The position numbers and the translations under genes were made by a program. The notes under the pieces are model-generated. The model worked only from the letters and a program-made list of their open reading frames with translations, had not been told where the DNA came from and did not search any database. A DNA stretch of 64,000 nt from Ramazzottius varieornatus (taxonomy: Eukaryota > Animalia > Tardigrada): contig BDGG01000004.1 of NCBI GenBank assembly GCA_001949185.1, positions 2,918,168-2,982,167 of the forward strand, written 5' to 3'. Of the stretch, positions 50,889 through 63,849 are shown in pieces. Every line of letters begins with the position of its first letter. Within the stretch, counting starts at the first letter, position 1.

Positions 50889-53132
50889 TAAAGCCCTGCA
50901 GCAGCACGCAACATCCATTCTGCAACGGCTCTGATTCTACTTCTTCCAAACTGCAACTGCAACTGCACTGCACTGCATTCATTCTGACCGAGGGAAACTG
51001 CAACTGCACTGCATCCATGAACGTCTAGCTGCATTTTACTGCATCGATACTGCATAAATTTTTATCGATAATTATTTATTCTTCTGCGAGATAGCTCCAC
51101 CAAGTAATCATCAGATCACTCAGAGTTTCAGGCAGCATACTAGTTCGCTTACTGTTGAGAGCATCAGCGGTATGGCTAAAAAGTTGTTCAGAAGGGGTAC
51201 TAGAAGCAGGCACAGCAAGTATGCGCTTAGTGTATAAGGGCAAACAAGGAAGCTCCTTCTCGTTCTGCTGCCAAAGGCGAGCAAATCTTGGGTCGCTGGA
51301 GGATTCCGCATTCGAATGCACTTTTCGACTTCGTTTTGGGCAGCTGGTTCGTTCGAGAGCTTACACAGATTCGAAAAGTCGAAGATGCTTTTGGGTTTTG
51401 GAGCTCCCATATCGGCACTCGGCATCAGAGCTCTCTCATCGTGTAGTACCTCAATTTGCTGCACGTGCTTCATCACAGTTGCAATAATTTTCACACGATC
51501 TGATTCGGGCAAGAAACTCATATGTTTCATCGAAGGACTCAGAAACACTGCCATCTTATGTATGTCATCTGGTTGAAGCATTGCTTTGAAAACATTCAAA
51601 GCGTGGACTTGGAGAGATCTGATGTCGTCGTGGTCCGATGGGTGGATATGCTCGAAGTGCTGGATAAGGTTATGGTAGACAGGAATCACCAGATTGATAG
51701 TTGGCTTTCTCGAAGCGGAAAGTGTTTCCGTCGCGGGCTTTACAAGCGCGAACAAGTCGTGCATCTCTTGGATCCTTTCTCGGTCCGGAAGCAGCCTCTT
51801 CTCTTTCCAAAAGCACTACTACCAGCTCGTCATACGCACTGAGTACTGAAGCTAACATGTCGATCATCGAATGCCACCTGCAAAATCGGAAATCAACATA
51901 CTTATTTCTGTCAAACAATTTATCGGCGCTCCTATAGCATGCACTCACCTCGTCTCACTCTCTTGTTTCAGCGTGGTCTGCAGGTGCGTGACAATGGCTG
52001 CTGTTTTGCAGTGATCTACAAGGCTCTTTACTTTATTCCGGATGTCCAAGGCAGGAATGGCGGCGGCAGGACTTTGGGTTAGTGTTGAAACATTTCCTGA
52101 TACCCGTGTTCAGCTGGTGGCCAGCACATGTGATGCGACTTAGGATTGGCTTGTTCCGTCGAGTAAAAGCTGCTTTGACATTGGAGCTTGCATCGGTAAC
52201 GTAGATGACGTTCTTAAGCTCAGATTCCAGTAGCTTGATCGTGGCCAACTTGCGAAACAGAAACGCGCCAACTATCTCCGCTGTTTTCCGGTCCATCGTG
52301 TCCCATTCAGCACATAACAGCAACTTTTCTTGAAGCACCCATCCTTTGAAGTAATGTGCGGTTACACCTGCAACAGCATCAATAGATCTAGCAGTAACAT
52401 GCGCAATAAAATGCTATATAAAAGCGAAATGATAAGCCATAGAGTTAACCGAGGTAGGAATTTTTGGTGTATTCCTCTTCCCAAAACTCCAAAGTTATCC
52501 CACCTCCCAGCACTGTCCGAATCGGCTTCGTTTTAGCTAGCAACTTCTGACGCAGTCTTTCCGCTTCCTTCCCCACGTATCTGCTGACAGTAGTCTGATC
52601 GGGCAAGAGTTCTTCAGCTGTAAATTTACCGGAGTTGTACTTGAAGGCAATGTCTGTAACTTCGTTGATCAGGTCCTTGAAACCTCTGCCCTTGATTTCT
52701 TCAAAGCTTCTGTTGTCTCGGGCGCAGTATCGAGCACAAGCTTGCGACACCTTCTGCTTCGCCGCTTCGGGAATGACGTTGGGCAGCGTACTGACAGCAA
52801 AGCCGGTGATAAGGGGTTGATTGTTTGCCTTGCCACAAGCGCTGATGTGACGATTGTACACCACGGTACCCGATGTTCGCGAATGCTTGAAGATCTGGCG
52901 GCATCGTAGGCAGATGATGTAGCCCAAAGGGCATCCCGATGTGAATTCATCAAATTATGCAGCCTGTTGTAATCGTGTGATTGCGATGCAAACCTTCCTG
53001 TCTGAATCAGATCCCTGCAGCAGTAGCGAAAACCCGCATCTGCACTGCATCCGGTTTCCCGAAACTGCAACTGCACTGCAATGCAGTGAAATGCAGTGCA
53101 GTGCAGAACGTACGGCATGTTGCAGGGCTTTA
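50889..53132 (-). mobile_element. hobo/Hermes-like hAT DNA transposon, ~2.2 kb, decayed
   Basis: TIR TAAAGCCCTGCAGCA / TGTTGCAGGGCTTTA; 8-bp TSD ACGTACAG / GCGTACAG (7 of 8 match); subterminal ACTGC pentamer arrays at both ends; internal transposase remnants. Confidence 0.9.
51076..52960 (-). pseudogene. hAT transposase pseudogene with two spliceosomal introns (52449-52368, 51948-51878) and frameshifts
   Basis: BED finger ICLRC...SGT...RHISAC; GITLEFW...SYLG|VTAHY; YVTDASSNVKAAF; TCAGHQLN (CxxH); ETR|WHS (RW motif); VPASSTPSEQLFS dimerisation region. Reading-frame switches occur near 52040, 51790 and 51290. Confidence 0.87.
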
Positions 53133-54317
53133 GCGTACAGGCATAGTGCATTACTATACCCTGTTGATCGTGCAGTGCCGTCAAGTGGTACTATCAACTC
53201 CGTATTATCCGTATTACTCCGGGTTATCAATTTCGTATTAATCAATACGCCAACATCTTCGAATGATAAGTACAGAATTGATTGATCAAATCCGAAATCA
53301 CGACTCATGACTCATCAAAAACTTGGAGAAACTTGTCAAACAAAATAGAAAAATCAGAAAAAATCGGGGAATCATCCGGAGTAAAGGATTGTGCTGTCTC
53401 GAGCTCGAGCTTCCTCTGATAAGTTTGCGATTCAGAGTCCCTTGCGTATATTCGTAATCTCTGCGAGGATTACGTAATGGCCTCACTGTATCGGCGGTGA
53501 CAATAAACGTGCCAGTAAAGACAGCTAGTATTGCAAAAGCATGATCTCTCGATACCGTGGATTTTAAAGTGGACCAGAAGTACGATGACGTAACCAGGTG
53601 GGAGAAATTAGTTCTTAAAATTTGGTGTGGAGCGATAATCGGAGATGCCGACAAATAATGCGGCATACTGCACGGAAAACACCGATCAGAGACCCCAGCT
53701 GGACAAGAATCGCTTGTCGGCGTGCTTGCCGAATACCGGTCTAGCAAAATTCATCACTTTGCAGCAGCACCTCTCGGCAAAACAGTCCATATGTTAGACG
53801 GAAAGTCTAGCCGTGAAACAACCTCTGGAAAGCAGCAAAACTAAGCTGATAGCTTGATCAGCTTGATCAGATAATCTGTTTCGCAAACATCCAAAGTCAC
53901 CTTCATCTCACGTGGAAGCTTCGGGTAACGACACCTTCTAACGATCTGCATTTACTGTACTTTCAACAGAACGATAGTTCTACAGTGCACGATTCGGCCT
54001 AACGATCCTACAAGATCCTGATTGTGAACTCTTTGGAATTTTCGAATGCAAGGACCATCTAGGTCGGTTTTTTTGGGGAGGTTTCCTGTCGACATTCTAC
54101 CTCCCACAAAAAAGTTTATGTTGCGTGTTGGGAGTGTGCACTACATTGAGTTTTCAAATGAAGGCCAAATTTCAAACATGGAACTCTCGCAAGGTTACGT
54201 TATTAGATGTTACCTGTACTTACAAATTATGTCATTCGCAGGTCGTACATGTAGGCAAAATCTGTCTTTACTGGGAAACCATTTTGTATGGCCGCCACTG
54301 CCCATATTGTCATTGTA

Positions 54318-54584
54318 GAGATTAAGTTGCCACTCCCGTTCACTTTGCAACTGTAGCTACGGCCTTGCTCCGCCCGTTTCGTGACGTATAACTAAATTTT
54401 GCTTTCCGGAGCTCCCCTTATTTTCGAAAAATAGCGTGATCGGAGTTACGGTTGGCCAGCATTGGAAAGCATGGTGGCTGCCCAACTATTCAAAGTTCTG
54501 ATTAGCTGCTGCGCTTATGAGTAACTTTGCAACCCATCTTAGCTACAGTGGGACTTTCGTCTGGCGGTGGCAACTTAATGTCTG
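54318..54584. mobile_element. Degenerate MITE with ATTAAGTTGCCAC terminal inverted repeats
   Basis: ATTAAGTTGCCAC (54321-54333) versus GTGGCAACTTAAT (54567-54579), plus an inner inverted pair ACTGTAGCTA / TAGCTACAGT; TA lies outside each end. Confidence 0.55.
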
Positions 54585-54587
54585 TAA

Positions 54588-55189
54588 TAGAGACCTGGGC
54601 CGCAGGTCAAAAAGTACGCTGCATCTGCGCTGCGTCCTTTTCTGGTACTCGGCAACTACGCTGCGCTGCGTAAATCTGGACCGGAGGGACGGTGCAGCTG
54701 CGCTGCACCTTACTGTACGTGCGAGGCAACTGCGCTGCGGTTTCAATAACAAATTTCCTCCGCTTTCCTGCAGAGAATTGTCAGATAACACGTGATCCTC
54801 CATTATAGAGCTCTAATCATTCGGCTAACAAAAGCAGTTCACAGCAAAGTGCGTTGAAGCTACCTACAGAACTAACTGTGTCAAAGTCCGAAACTTCCGG
54901 TCACAGTGACAGCTTAACCACTAAGCCTTTTACGGTTGGGCGAAGCACTATTTCAAGGAAAGCTTGCGCGACCGGTCGTTGTGGTATGAAGAAGCAGAAT
55001 ACACCTAGCAAACAAGGGTTGTATAACGGCCGCTAACCGGGAGATCGGGAACTCTCTTTTCGTATCATTTGCAGCTGCGCTGCCGTAGCTTGTCAGGCGC
55101 TGCATACTGCTCTGTGCTGCACACAAAGGTCAAAGTGAATACTGCAACTGCGCTGCCACGCAGCGCACGCGGCCAGATCCCGGTCTTTA
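54588..55189. mobile_element. Non-autonomous hAT element, 602 bp
   Basis: Imperfect TIR TAGAGACCTGG / CCCGGTCTTTA; perfect 8-bp TSD GTCTGTAA (54580-54587, 55190-55197); subterminal CTGCGCTGC repeats at both ends. Confidence 0.82.
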
Positions 55190-56094
55190 GTCTGTAATAC
55201 ATTCTTGTGCGCAGCATCGGTGAAGTGGTCCATAAGATACAGATTGCGAGCGAAAGCGCACTAGCACAGTTCGATACACACAGGAACATCGTGACATCAT
55301 AGGAACAAGTTCGCCTCGTAGACTCTGTGTTAAAACAGTCGCACACTGTTTACATATGGCGTCTCGATGTTCTTGTGCGTATTGGAATGTGCTAGTGCGC
55401 TTTCGCTCGCAGTCTCTATAATACTTTCTGCGCGTCAGTAGGAGCTGACTTTTAGCAAAGCATATCACTTGTCAGACCGCATAGCATTATCTATGGTCCA
55501 TTATCCATGGTACGAGTCGCGAGATGTCCATTTCACAGAAAACTTCCGCCCGAATTCTGGACCTGGTCTGACATATCGATTGGACTGTGTCGCTTTCAGA
55601 GGTTTGACCAAATGGAAAAGGTCCTTTGGACCTGCGGAACCAGCGCAGCCAGCGGACATGTGGCGGACTCTCACCCCTGCTCCGCCACTAGTGTCGGGAT
55701 GCCAGTACTCGCATTGCGAGAACGATTGCCTTGCGTTTCAAGATCGGCTCCTTCACATCCTCTTCCTCACCCAATCGGGCTGTGCAACTTCTAACCGGAC
55801 AGTGAGCTACTTCCATGTCGAATTTTATGACTGACAGGTCAACAACTGGTGCTTATTGTACAAAACCGAAAGGAGACACCGAAAATTGCCGGCTTAACAA
55901 ATATCTGATTCTGGTGACAACAGGAGCTAGAATATGGGTGTAACCATCAAAGAGCGGAACACTCTTCCATAAATCTTGCCTCAGCTCAGCATCCAGTATT
56001 CTTGAAGGCGAATTGGTTCCTTTGTAGGAACACGACCGCGCACCGGTTCCGGGCCGCCACAAAACGAAAAGCTGCCGAAATCATTGTCAGATCG

Positions 56095-59000
56095 TCATTG
56101 CGCATTGTTGTCCAGTCTGAACTGCTCTTCGGTTTCCGGGTCCACGATGACATTCCTTAGGGTCTCGTCGGTCAACATTCCAAGTTCGTACTGATCTATC
56201 TTTAATACATGCTCCAGGAGATCAATATTTTCTTGACTTAATCCTTGTGATGCGAATGGGTCGTTTCCTCCAGGTCCATTGGTGTAGAACGAAGAACCCG
56301 ATGCGTTGGCAGAGGATAAGAAGGAATAATCCACAGAACGCATGCCTGTTGGGTCGTCCGCACCTGTAAGTCCCGTTCTCATTAAGGAAAAAGTTACTGA
56401 TAGACTCGCAGTTTTGCTTTGTCTTACCGGTAAAGATGATATCAGGAATCTGGCCGAGTTCGTTTGGTTGGCCAGGACGATGCATGAACTCATTGGTCGC
56501 AAAACTATTGAGTAAATTATTCATGTAGGTATCGGCGTTCATTTGCTGAAGCGTTCCGTTTTGATCCTGGAAAAATATTATGGTCTTTTTGCAAGTATGG
56601 ATTCAATTCATATCAACAAGCACTGCTTACCATTGTGATCTGTTCAAATTTGTGCTGTACAGATTGCTGCATGTCGAGGAACGAAGGGTCCTGTGTGTAA
56701 GTCGTGTTGGAAAGGGAGGAAGTGCCGCCTGGGGACGACGGACTAGAGTTTACCGAGCCTACTGACAACTGCTCCGCGTGGACACCGGGGCTGCTGGAGT
56801 TCGAGCGGTAAGAACTGAAATTCTGTAAGTACAAAGTGGCTCTTTAGCGTTAGTAGAGAAGGGAGTGATATTACAGGCATGTATGAGCCGGAAGTTTTCC
56901 TACCTGGCCGATTGAGTTGGAGTGATAGTTTGAATAGTCAATCAGGTTCCCCAACGAGTCGGTCATATGGTAGGATATGCCATTTACTTGAGCTGGCTGT
57001 TGCTCGGTGCTTTTTTTGTGACTACTACTTCGACTCTGTTCAGGGCCTCGTAAAGGACTGGATCGACGAATCCCTTGTGGACTGGCACTGGATGCCTGAC
57101 TATGGGAAGGGCGAATGGAGGAAGTGTTTTGGTAAGCGTTGCTGCCATTATTTTGTGCGTAGGCCTGTCGGAAAAAAGCGTTTGTCAATTGCGAGATCCA
57201 ACCGTATAAATGTTTAATATCCCAGGGCGGATTTTGCAGTACCTGGACGTCCTCCGGATCCAAAGGGCTAACCATGGTTTGGAAATTCATCGAAGGATTG
57301 GTCAAGTCGGGAAGGGACCCGGAAGAGAGATTCGATGTTCCTGGTGCGTTATGAATACTGGTAGGAGGGAGAAGGTGAGAGTGCTGCTGTTGATGCTGAT
57401 GTCTCGTTTGGTCAATTCCGTAGTTGTTTATCGGGGAAACTTCGCAAGATTTTGGTCGATTTTGTAAAGTCATCATCTATAAAAAAGAAGAAAAATAGAT
57501 TTGATCTGAGTTTACAATACATTTTGATGTGTCCGTCTTTGATTTACTTTGCTAGGGTCGTTCCACAGCCCGTAATGTGGGTCCACGAGGTTCTTGCTTG
57601 TTTGCACCGGTGATCGTCGGGTTGGAGCGAAGCCAGTCGCGTGAAGCTGCTGCTGTTGCTGCGTACCACCCTGGTGCATCATCTGGGGATTGGCCGACTG
57701 ATGCAATGCCGAATCTGAATGTGCTCGTTTTGTTAGATGACTGCTCTCGGGAGGTTGCAGAAGGTACGATGGCATCTGGCTAACGTCGTACTCCATTGGT
57801 CGTTTGTGGTTGGGAGAGTAATGTCGACGATGACCAGTCTGCGGTGTGGGGCTCGGGTGGCGGTTTCCGCGAGGAGAGGTGTCGCGATCAGTTTGCAGCA
57901 TTTCAAGGTTGTCCAATGCACTCTGAAACAGAACGCCAAGTTGAACATTGGAGACCCGGAAGTAAAGTTTTTTGGGACCATTCTCAACTACCTGCTGCTT
58001 CCGTTGTTTATTACGCACTTCACCCCGCTGGTTCTTACCTGCAGGTCTATGCCGGCACTCTGGTTTACCATTTGGTTGACATTTGGTAACGATCCTCCGC
58101 GCGGATAAGGAGGAAATGAGGGGATCAGGTGATGCGTTCTGCTGGCGTGCTGTACCATTGGATGACCCATGGAATGTCCGGCTCCCGGATGGTGAAGCAT
58201 TCGTTGTTGAGGTACGGGCGAATGAGACCCATGAAGATGCTAAACGAAACAAAGACTTTGTTTAGTAACGTTATCAATACACATTATGGCCAAACAACTT
58301 AGGCAAACATAGAACAAAAAATACTATAACCTCATCTGCTGCCCACATTACGTTCCCCGTTATATTTTTTTTCTGTCGAGTTTCCTAATTCGGATCTTTA
58401 CAGGTGTCTTCCCGTCGGACAACAGGTACTCCAAAGGAGCTTCCCACATCTGGCGCAAGGCTTTTCGTCTTGCCAGGTCAGAAAAACCCGAGGAGAACCC
58501 GGAGGCGATAGTGCAAGCCACCTCAAGATTGCGTAGGTTTTTGAATGTTACGTACATACAGTCACATTTGGCCTTCAAGTAGGTCCCATATTTTTGAGTG
58601 GTAATAGTTTATCGTTAAACTATTGCTTATGTTGTAGACCGGTCGGCCGAAAACGTTTACCACCTAATGGAACGGACGGTATGGGGCAGATAGAGCGGGA
58701 CAGCCTGCCGAAGAAATCGAAATCAAGACGCACCCAGGTGAGGTTGATTTGCACTGTTCTTGCAGTTCTTGCAGTACTGCGTGGTCTGGTTGAAAAATGA
58801 TCGATAACCTTACTGCTGCGCACCAAATCGAGCACCGCATGTTCAACAGTTGAAACTACATTATTCATTCTTTTGATATCGCTGGATCGAGGGCTCGCGC
58901 AATTCGTAGGCCTGGGTTTGATACGCTCAGCATGAAGAGCATTGAGTGGTATTAAACAGGAGGTAGGATCAGCCTTCCCCGGAACACTAACAAACATTTC

Positions 59001-59723
59001 CGTGTTAAACATTGTGCTCCGCGCTAGTCTTTGAATGGCAAAGCTCAAAGATATCAAGAAATATGTAAATGATTTGAAAGGAACCTAGCTAGTATTCTCG
59101 GTACATTTACCCAAGTAATTTCGCGCAGAAACTTTATACGCTTTAGGGTTCCTGCCAGCATCTCGAACGTTCTTCTGTCTAACGAGAGAAACAGTACTTG
59201 TATTTGCATCGTCGAACCCGACATGCTCAGTGCTCGTACAAAAAATCGTATATGGTTCGATAATTGACCAAACTAAAGACTTCCTTATCCGAAAAAAGAC
59301 AAGTCTGGGGTTCAGTAAAGACTATAGATGATTGATATCTTCTGTGAGTGCAGGAAACATTCATGGAAGAATGAAAGTTACACATACTATCATTTGCTTG
59401 TACTTGACAGTATTTCGCACTGAAGTGAATAAAACTCGCACTTCAGATTTGAAGGAATACGGATAAAAAGGTCATTCCTGTTTCCTACGGACGATGTTAT
59501 AGGGATCTATAGTGCAAGACTGTTCAATAGGTGTTGCACGAACAACAATGACTTAACTTAATACGGCTTGCGTTTTCAATAGCAGGCCGAAGAGAGCCGA
59601 ACACAACGCACATACCTTCACCATTTGCGATTCCTGCATCATCTCGTTGAATATCCGGGTCTCTTCTTCCTGCTTCTGCATCTGAATCTGGATCTTCTCG
59701 GAGAACTTTCTGGGGTTGGACAT
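56095..59723 (-). CDS. CRTC: CREB-regulated transcription coactivator (CRTC/TORC), multi-exon
   Basis: N-terminus MSNPRKFSEKIQIQMQKQEEETRIFNEMM; GGSLPNVN; KRAHSDSALHQS (regulatory Ser motif); SGSLPDLTN; C-terminal transactivation motif VDPETEEQFRLD. Confidence 0.93.
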
Positions 59724-62700
59724 GATGGGTGGTCAAAAAGAAGCGATGTCAAGTTGAATCAGAGCGTAGGTGCGATAGTCGAGTACAAGGAGTCAGCTGT
59801 TTCTTCTAGTCTTTACATTGTAATGATCCGAGAGAGAAGAAGATATAGCAATGTGACCATATGTTGGATGAGAGTCAATCAGCTAGTGTTCTTTGGGATC
59901 AAAAACATAATACACAGGAACCAATGGCTGCATGTAGTACACATACACACAACGTTCACACACAGGATATGCTTCAATCAGGGGAACCAACGATATTTGC
60001 CTTGGAGCTCTCGGAGCTCAGCTCACACAAGCTGGTGTGCTGTGCTGCTGTCGGATCCAACACAGTTACACTGTGTCAAGGATGGCTGCCAGCTGGATGA
60101 AGTATTGCATCTCAGGGCACACTGCCACTCTTTCTGCATGTAAAGCGCACAAGAGAGTAAAGAGGGGATTGATATCAGTTTTAGCTGGTACTGTGTATAA
60201 GCCATGGCTTCCATCTGCATGTTTGCGGCAGCTACGGCAGGCATAGCTGCTGTTGCATGCACGGAAACGGTCAGGGATTAATCAACATGCCCCCGCCAGC
60301 AATGTGGTAGCATACACCCCACGTTCTGTACATATTACACCATATTCATCGGTTGTAGAGTATAGACGATCAACCAGATGAGTATGATGTATTGGAGTGC
60401 CACAACATTGCCTCGCACGCGCTTTTTCCAAGTTCGCTGGAAGCCTAATAGTGACAGGTTGTAGGTCCTTGAATTTAACGTTGTGAAGAACCAACGCAAA
60501 ACGAGCTAGGTGTGCACTCCTCGTGGTGCCGAGTGGAGAACCCGCGTAGTTCTTCCGCATTTGACTACAACCTTCCAGGCTTTCGCGGTCGAACGCCGAA
60601 ATACAGGGAGACTACGACACGTACAACTGGTAAAATAGTTACATAATCGCAAGCCTCGAGGACCGCGTGCACTCGTAGCGGTTCTCCGGCAGCCCTCTGT
60701 CGATAGTGTGGCTCCTAGAGGTGACGCCACCGGGCATGCAGAGGACGTGGTCTGTTGGGCCTAACTATCGCCTGTTTGAGGATATGGGGCTTTGAATCGG
60801 AAAACAACCGAGCAGACATGGGTAGTCCTACAGGGCCCAAAAAATCGTATACAGTAGTCTTCCTGGTCGGTGTGGCCTGGGTTGATAACTATGAATTGTG
60901 ATATTGTTTTGCAGGTCTGACGAGCTCCAGCCCAAGGTTCGCTGTTGTTTTGACGACCTCACGTGCAACCTCGTGGTAGCCATCACCGACACTAGCGCCG
61001 ATGACCACGTGATTCACCATACACAGGACAACTTATTAGCCTTTGTCGTAAGTTACCGCCATCTGGTGCAGTTACTGCTTGGGCGTTGTCCATCTGTTAA
61101 GGTACTACATGCGAATTAACACTTGTAGCACGACCGTACTCATTGTGAGTACAATGTGTCAGTTTCACTCGCCTCCCGATTTTAGCTTTTGGTCTTTCGG
61201 GTTGGGGATTTTTTGTTTGCCTGCAACTCGATCTTGTCATTAAGTTGAGATTAATGACCAGTGGTCAGCGAAAACGCAGAACGCTAGCAAAAAGTTTTAC
61301 GATTTCGGGTGGTTTCGGTGGTATTTCAGTCTTCGTCTTCTTACTGGAGGCACATACGCAACACTCGTTCTGAAAAACTCTGAAACAGTGAGGAAAATTC
61401 CCTTTACCGAAACCAAGACTGGGACAAATTTTCTTGTCATCGGAATGCTTTAGAGAAAATCAAAATGGCAAGGACTACTTTCCCCAGGTTGAACTCCACG
61501 GCCTGCCAATCTTCGAAATTTCTAAATTTCTTAAATTATCTATTGGCTGGCCCTGCCTCCTTTGCATTCATTACCTTAGCCAACCAAAGTCTTGTGCTCA
61601 CAAAGAGAACGGTGGTATTTTGCGAACATGAAAACCTTCGTGCTGTAAGTGTTAAGCTTTTATTTCTGTTTGAACTTGATTTTTGTCTCGACTTGGATCA
61701 ATGTTTTGGCGAGGTCTCTGCTTAATCAACCGTCAGACCATACTATTCTTATTATTTTCAGGTTTGGGATGACACTAGAAGGAACTAAGGTCAGTATAGC
61801 AACGAACAGGATATTACAAGCCTGAGTGACAGGACAGCCCGGTCGTCCAAAAAATCTCTTTCTCTCGGAGATTGGCATGTGGCGCATACCTAGGTCTCAG
61901 GTGAGATGAAAGCTGAGCTGGATATATTGAAGGTTTATGCCTGAATGGATTCAGGCAGCAAAACAGGATAAGGCGAAGCATACTGGTTATGCTTCCTACC
62001 TTCCGTTGTTATGGAGGGTTCCGTACGGTCTAGTTAGCCCATATAGCCGAAGCTGTCTGCATTGACCGCGGGTATTTTGCACCTGTTCGCAATAATTGTC
62101 ATATTGATTTTCCAGGTCGCCGCCGCCGTCTCTCCTCTCCCTTCTTCTCTGTGTCCCGTTGGATACATGGGATGGTAACTGCTCTCCCAGGACACATCTA
62201 CACGTTTCCTGCCTCTCGATCCCCGTCAAGTAGTCTGGGGATGCGGTGCATGGGAAAAATAGGTGACTCTCTCCCTTTTCCTTCTTCTTCCTCGTTCCCG
62301 TTCTCTCTAAGCTTAGCCTGTGCGCGGGTCTCCTTGTAGTATGAGCTAGCCTGTGCGCCTCGTCCTTATCCCTGGTCCTCTTCCTGTAACCATCATTAAA
62401 GCTGCCAACCGGCATGTACTCACCCTATTACCGGCACTCACGAGTTCATGCCCATGAAATTTCATCGTCTTTACCGATCATGTTCTCTTGATCCGACCGC
62501 GTTATGGCACAATTACAGGCCGTACATGAGCTGTCATCTCCGGCTTGCCGCTTTCCACTGAATAGACATCTTCTCTTTGATTCTGCTTTCGAAAAGCACC
62601 ATTTTCATTACATATTCATGCAGGTAGCTTATAATCAGCAACAACTATCCTGACCCAGCAGTCCAGCAGCCGAACGGTGCCCAGCATGCCTTACGTCGTG

Positions 62701-63600
62701 CACTGTTAGGTTTTTGAACTTTTACGAAGTACTACTATCCTGTATGAGATGTGGTTAAAATGCTTCCATCGGTCGGCCTTTTGCAAGATGCGTTGCTCAG
62801 ATCAAGGTGGAACACTTCGTTTCTGGAATGGAGAATTCGCGGTCCGGTAAAGTGGACACTTCAAAGCCAAAGCTCGCCAGGATCGGCGAACACGGAAGTC
62901 TAGGTAAGACAAGGAACTGGTATGCTTCTGACAAATAATCAAGTCAGGTTCCGCCGGATATTAATGCTTGACCGAGTGTGAGATTTTCGTGGTGAGATTA
63001 TGAAACAACGTGATGTATCAACCACCGGTTTCCAGAATTTTGGAGCCTTCGAATATTTCGCCTTATTTTGATTTCTTGCGAAAACGAGAACGGTTTCTTA
63101 CGGAGACGATTGAATCTTTGTCGTATACCCTAACCCAAAAGCTCAATCTGTTTTCGTAGACGTCTTGTTTGTGTGCGCATCTCTTTCCGGTTTGGAGCAT
63201 ATTCGATCTGGGTTTGTCTATAGGAACTGTTCGGCTTGTTTAGAAAAATAATTTAGGAAGAAACTTGGGCGCTACTGTTCACTATCGTCCAAATGTGGAA
63301 GCAGTGCGCGTTGGTCTTGAAATGATTGAAGCAAGGAGCAAGTAGTGTTCGAAGTCTAATGTTCTTCTGCGCGCTCATAATCTTTACGGTACAGCGTTTC
63401 CCGCATACGGTATTTGCCGATGAAGGTCCACCCATTCGTTACAGCCGAACATCCCCTTCCATTCATCCTGATTGACTTCGCCTAATGCAAATATACGATG
63501 GTACACAATCTACGCCGTGACAAAGTACGGTAGTACAAGTACCACTGTCTGTCAGATATGGGCGGCCGGAACGGCAAAAATGAGGTTGGTAGTCTTCGAG

Positions 63601-63695
63601 CCTGTTCAGACCTTGCTTATTTCTACACTGGGGAATTTTATCAATGTTACATCGATAAGATTTGCCAGTCTGGAGATAAGCAGGCTCTGAACAGG
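63601..63695. repeat. Imperfect 31-bp inverted repeat, probably part of a MITE relic
   Basis: CCTGTTCAGACCTTGCTTATTTCTACACTGG versus the reverse complement of 63665-63695, CCTGTTCAGAGCCTGCTTATCTCCAGACTGG; related GAGCCTGTT motifs recur near 63770-63840. Confidence 0.55.
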
Positions 63696-63849
63696 GTCGC
63701 AGACAGGCTCCCATTCGGAATTTCACTAGTCCATGACGAGTAAAATTCACCAGTCTCAAAAAAGGCAGGCTCTAAACAGGCTCAACAAGCGTTTCCGTGA
63801 TTTTGACCAAATTACAAAACTGCATGTCGAGCCTGTTTACACTTTGACA

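Noticed and set aside
50949-51055. ACTGC tandem pentamers as a satellite or CRISPR-like array
   Set aside because: Explained as hAT subterminal repeats mirrored at about 53035-53105; no spacer structure, and the context is eukaryotic.
59860-62460. Scattered ORFs and short repeats upstream of CRTC as a gene or transposase relic
   Set aside because: No motif, TIR or consistent splice path found; may be decayed repeat DNA but cannot be supported without a database search.
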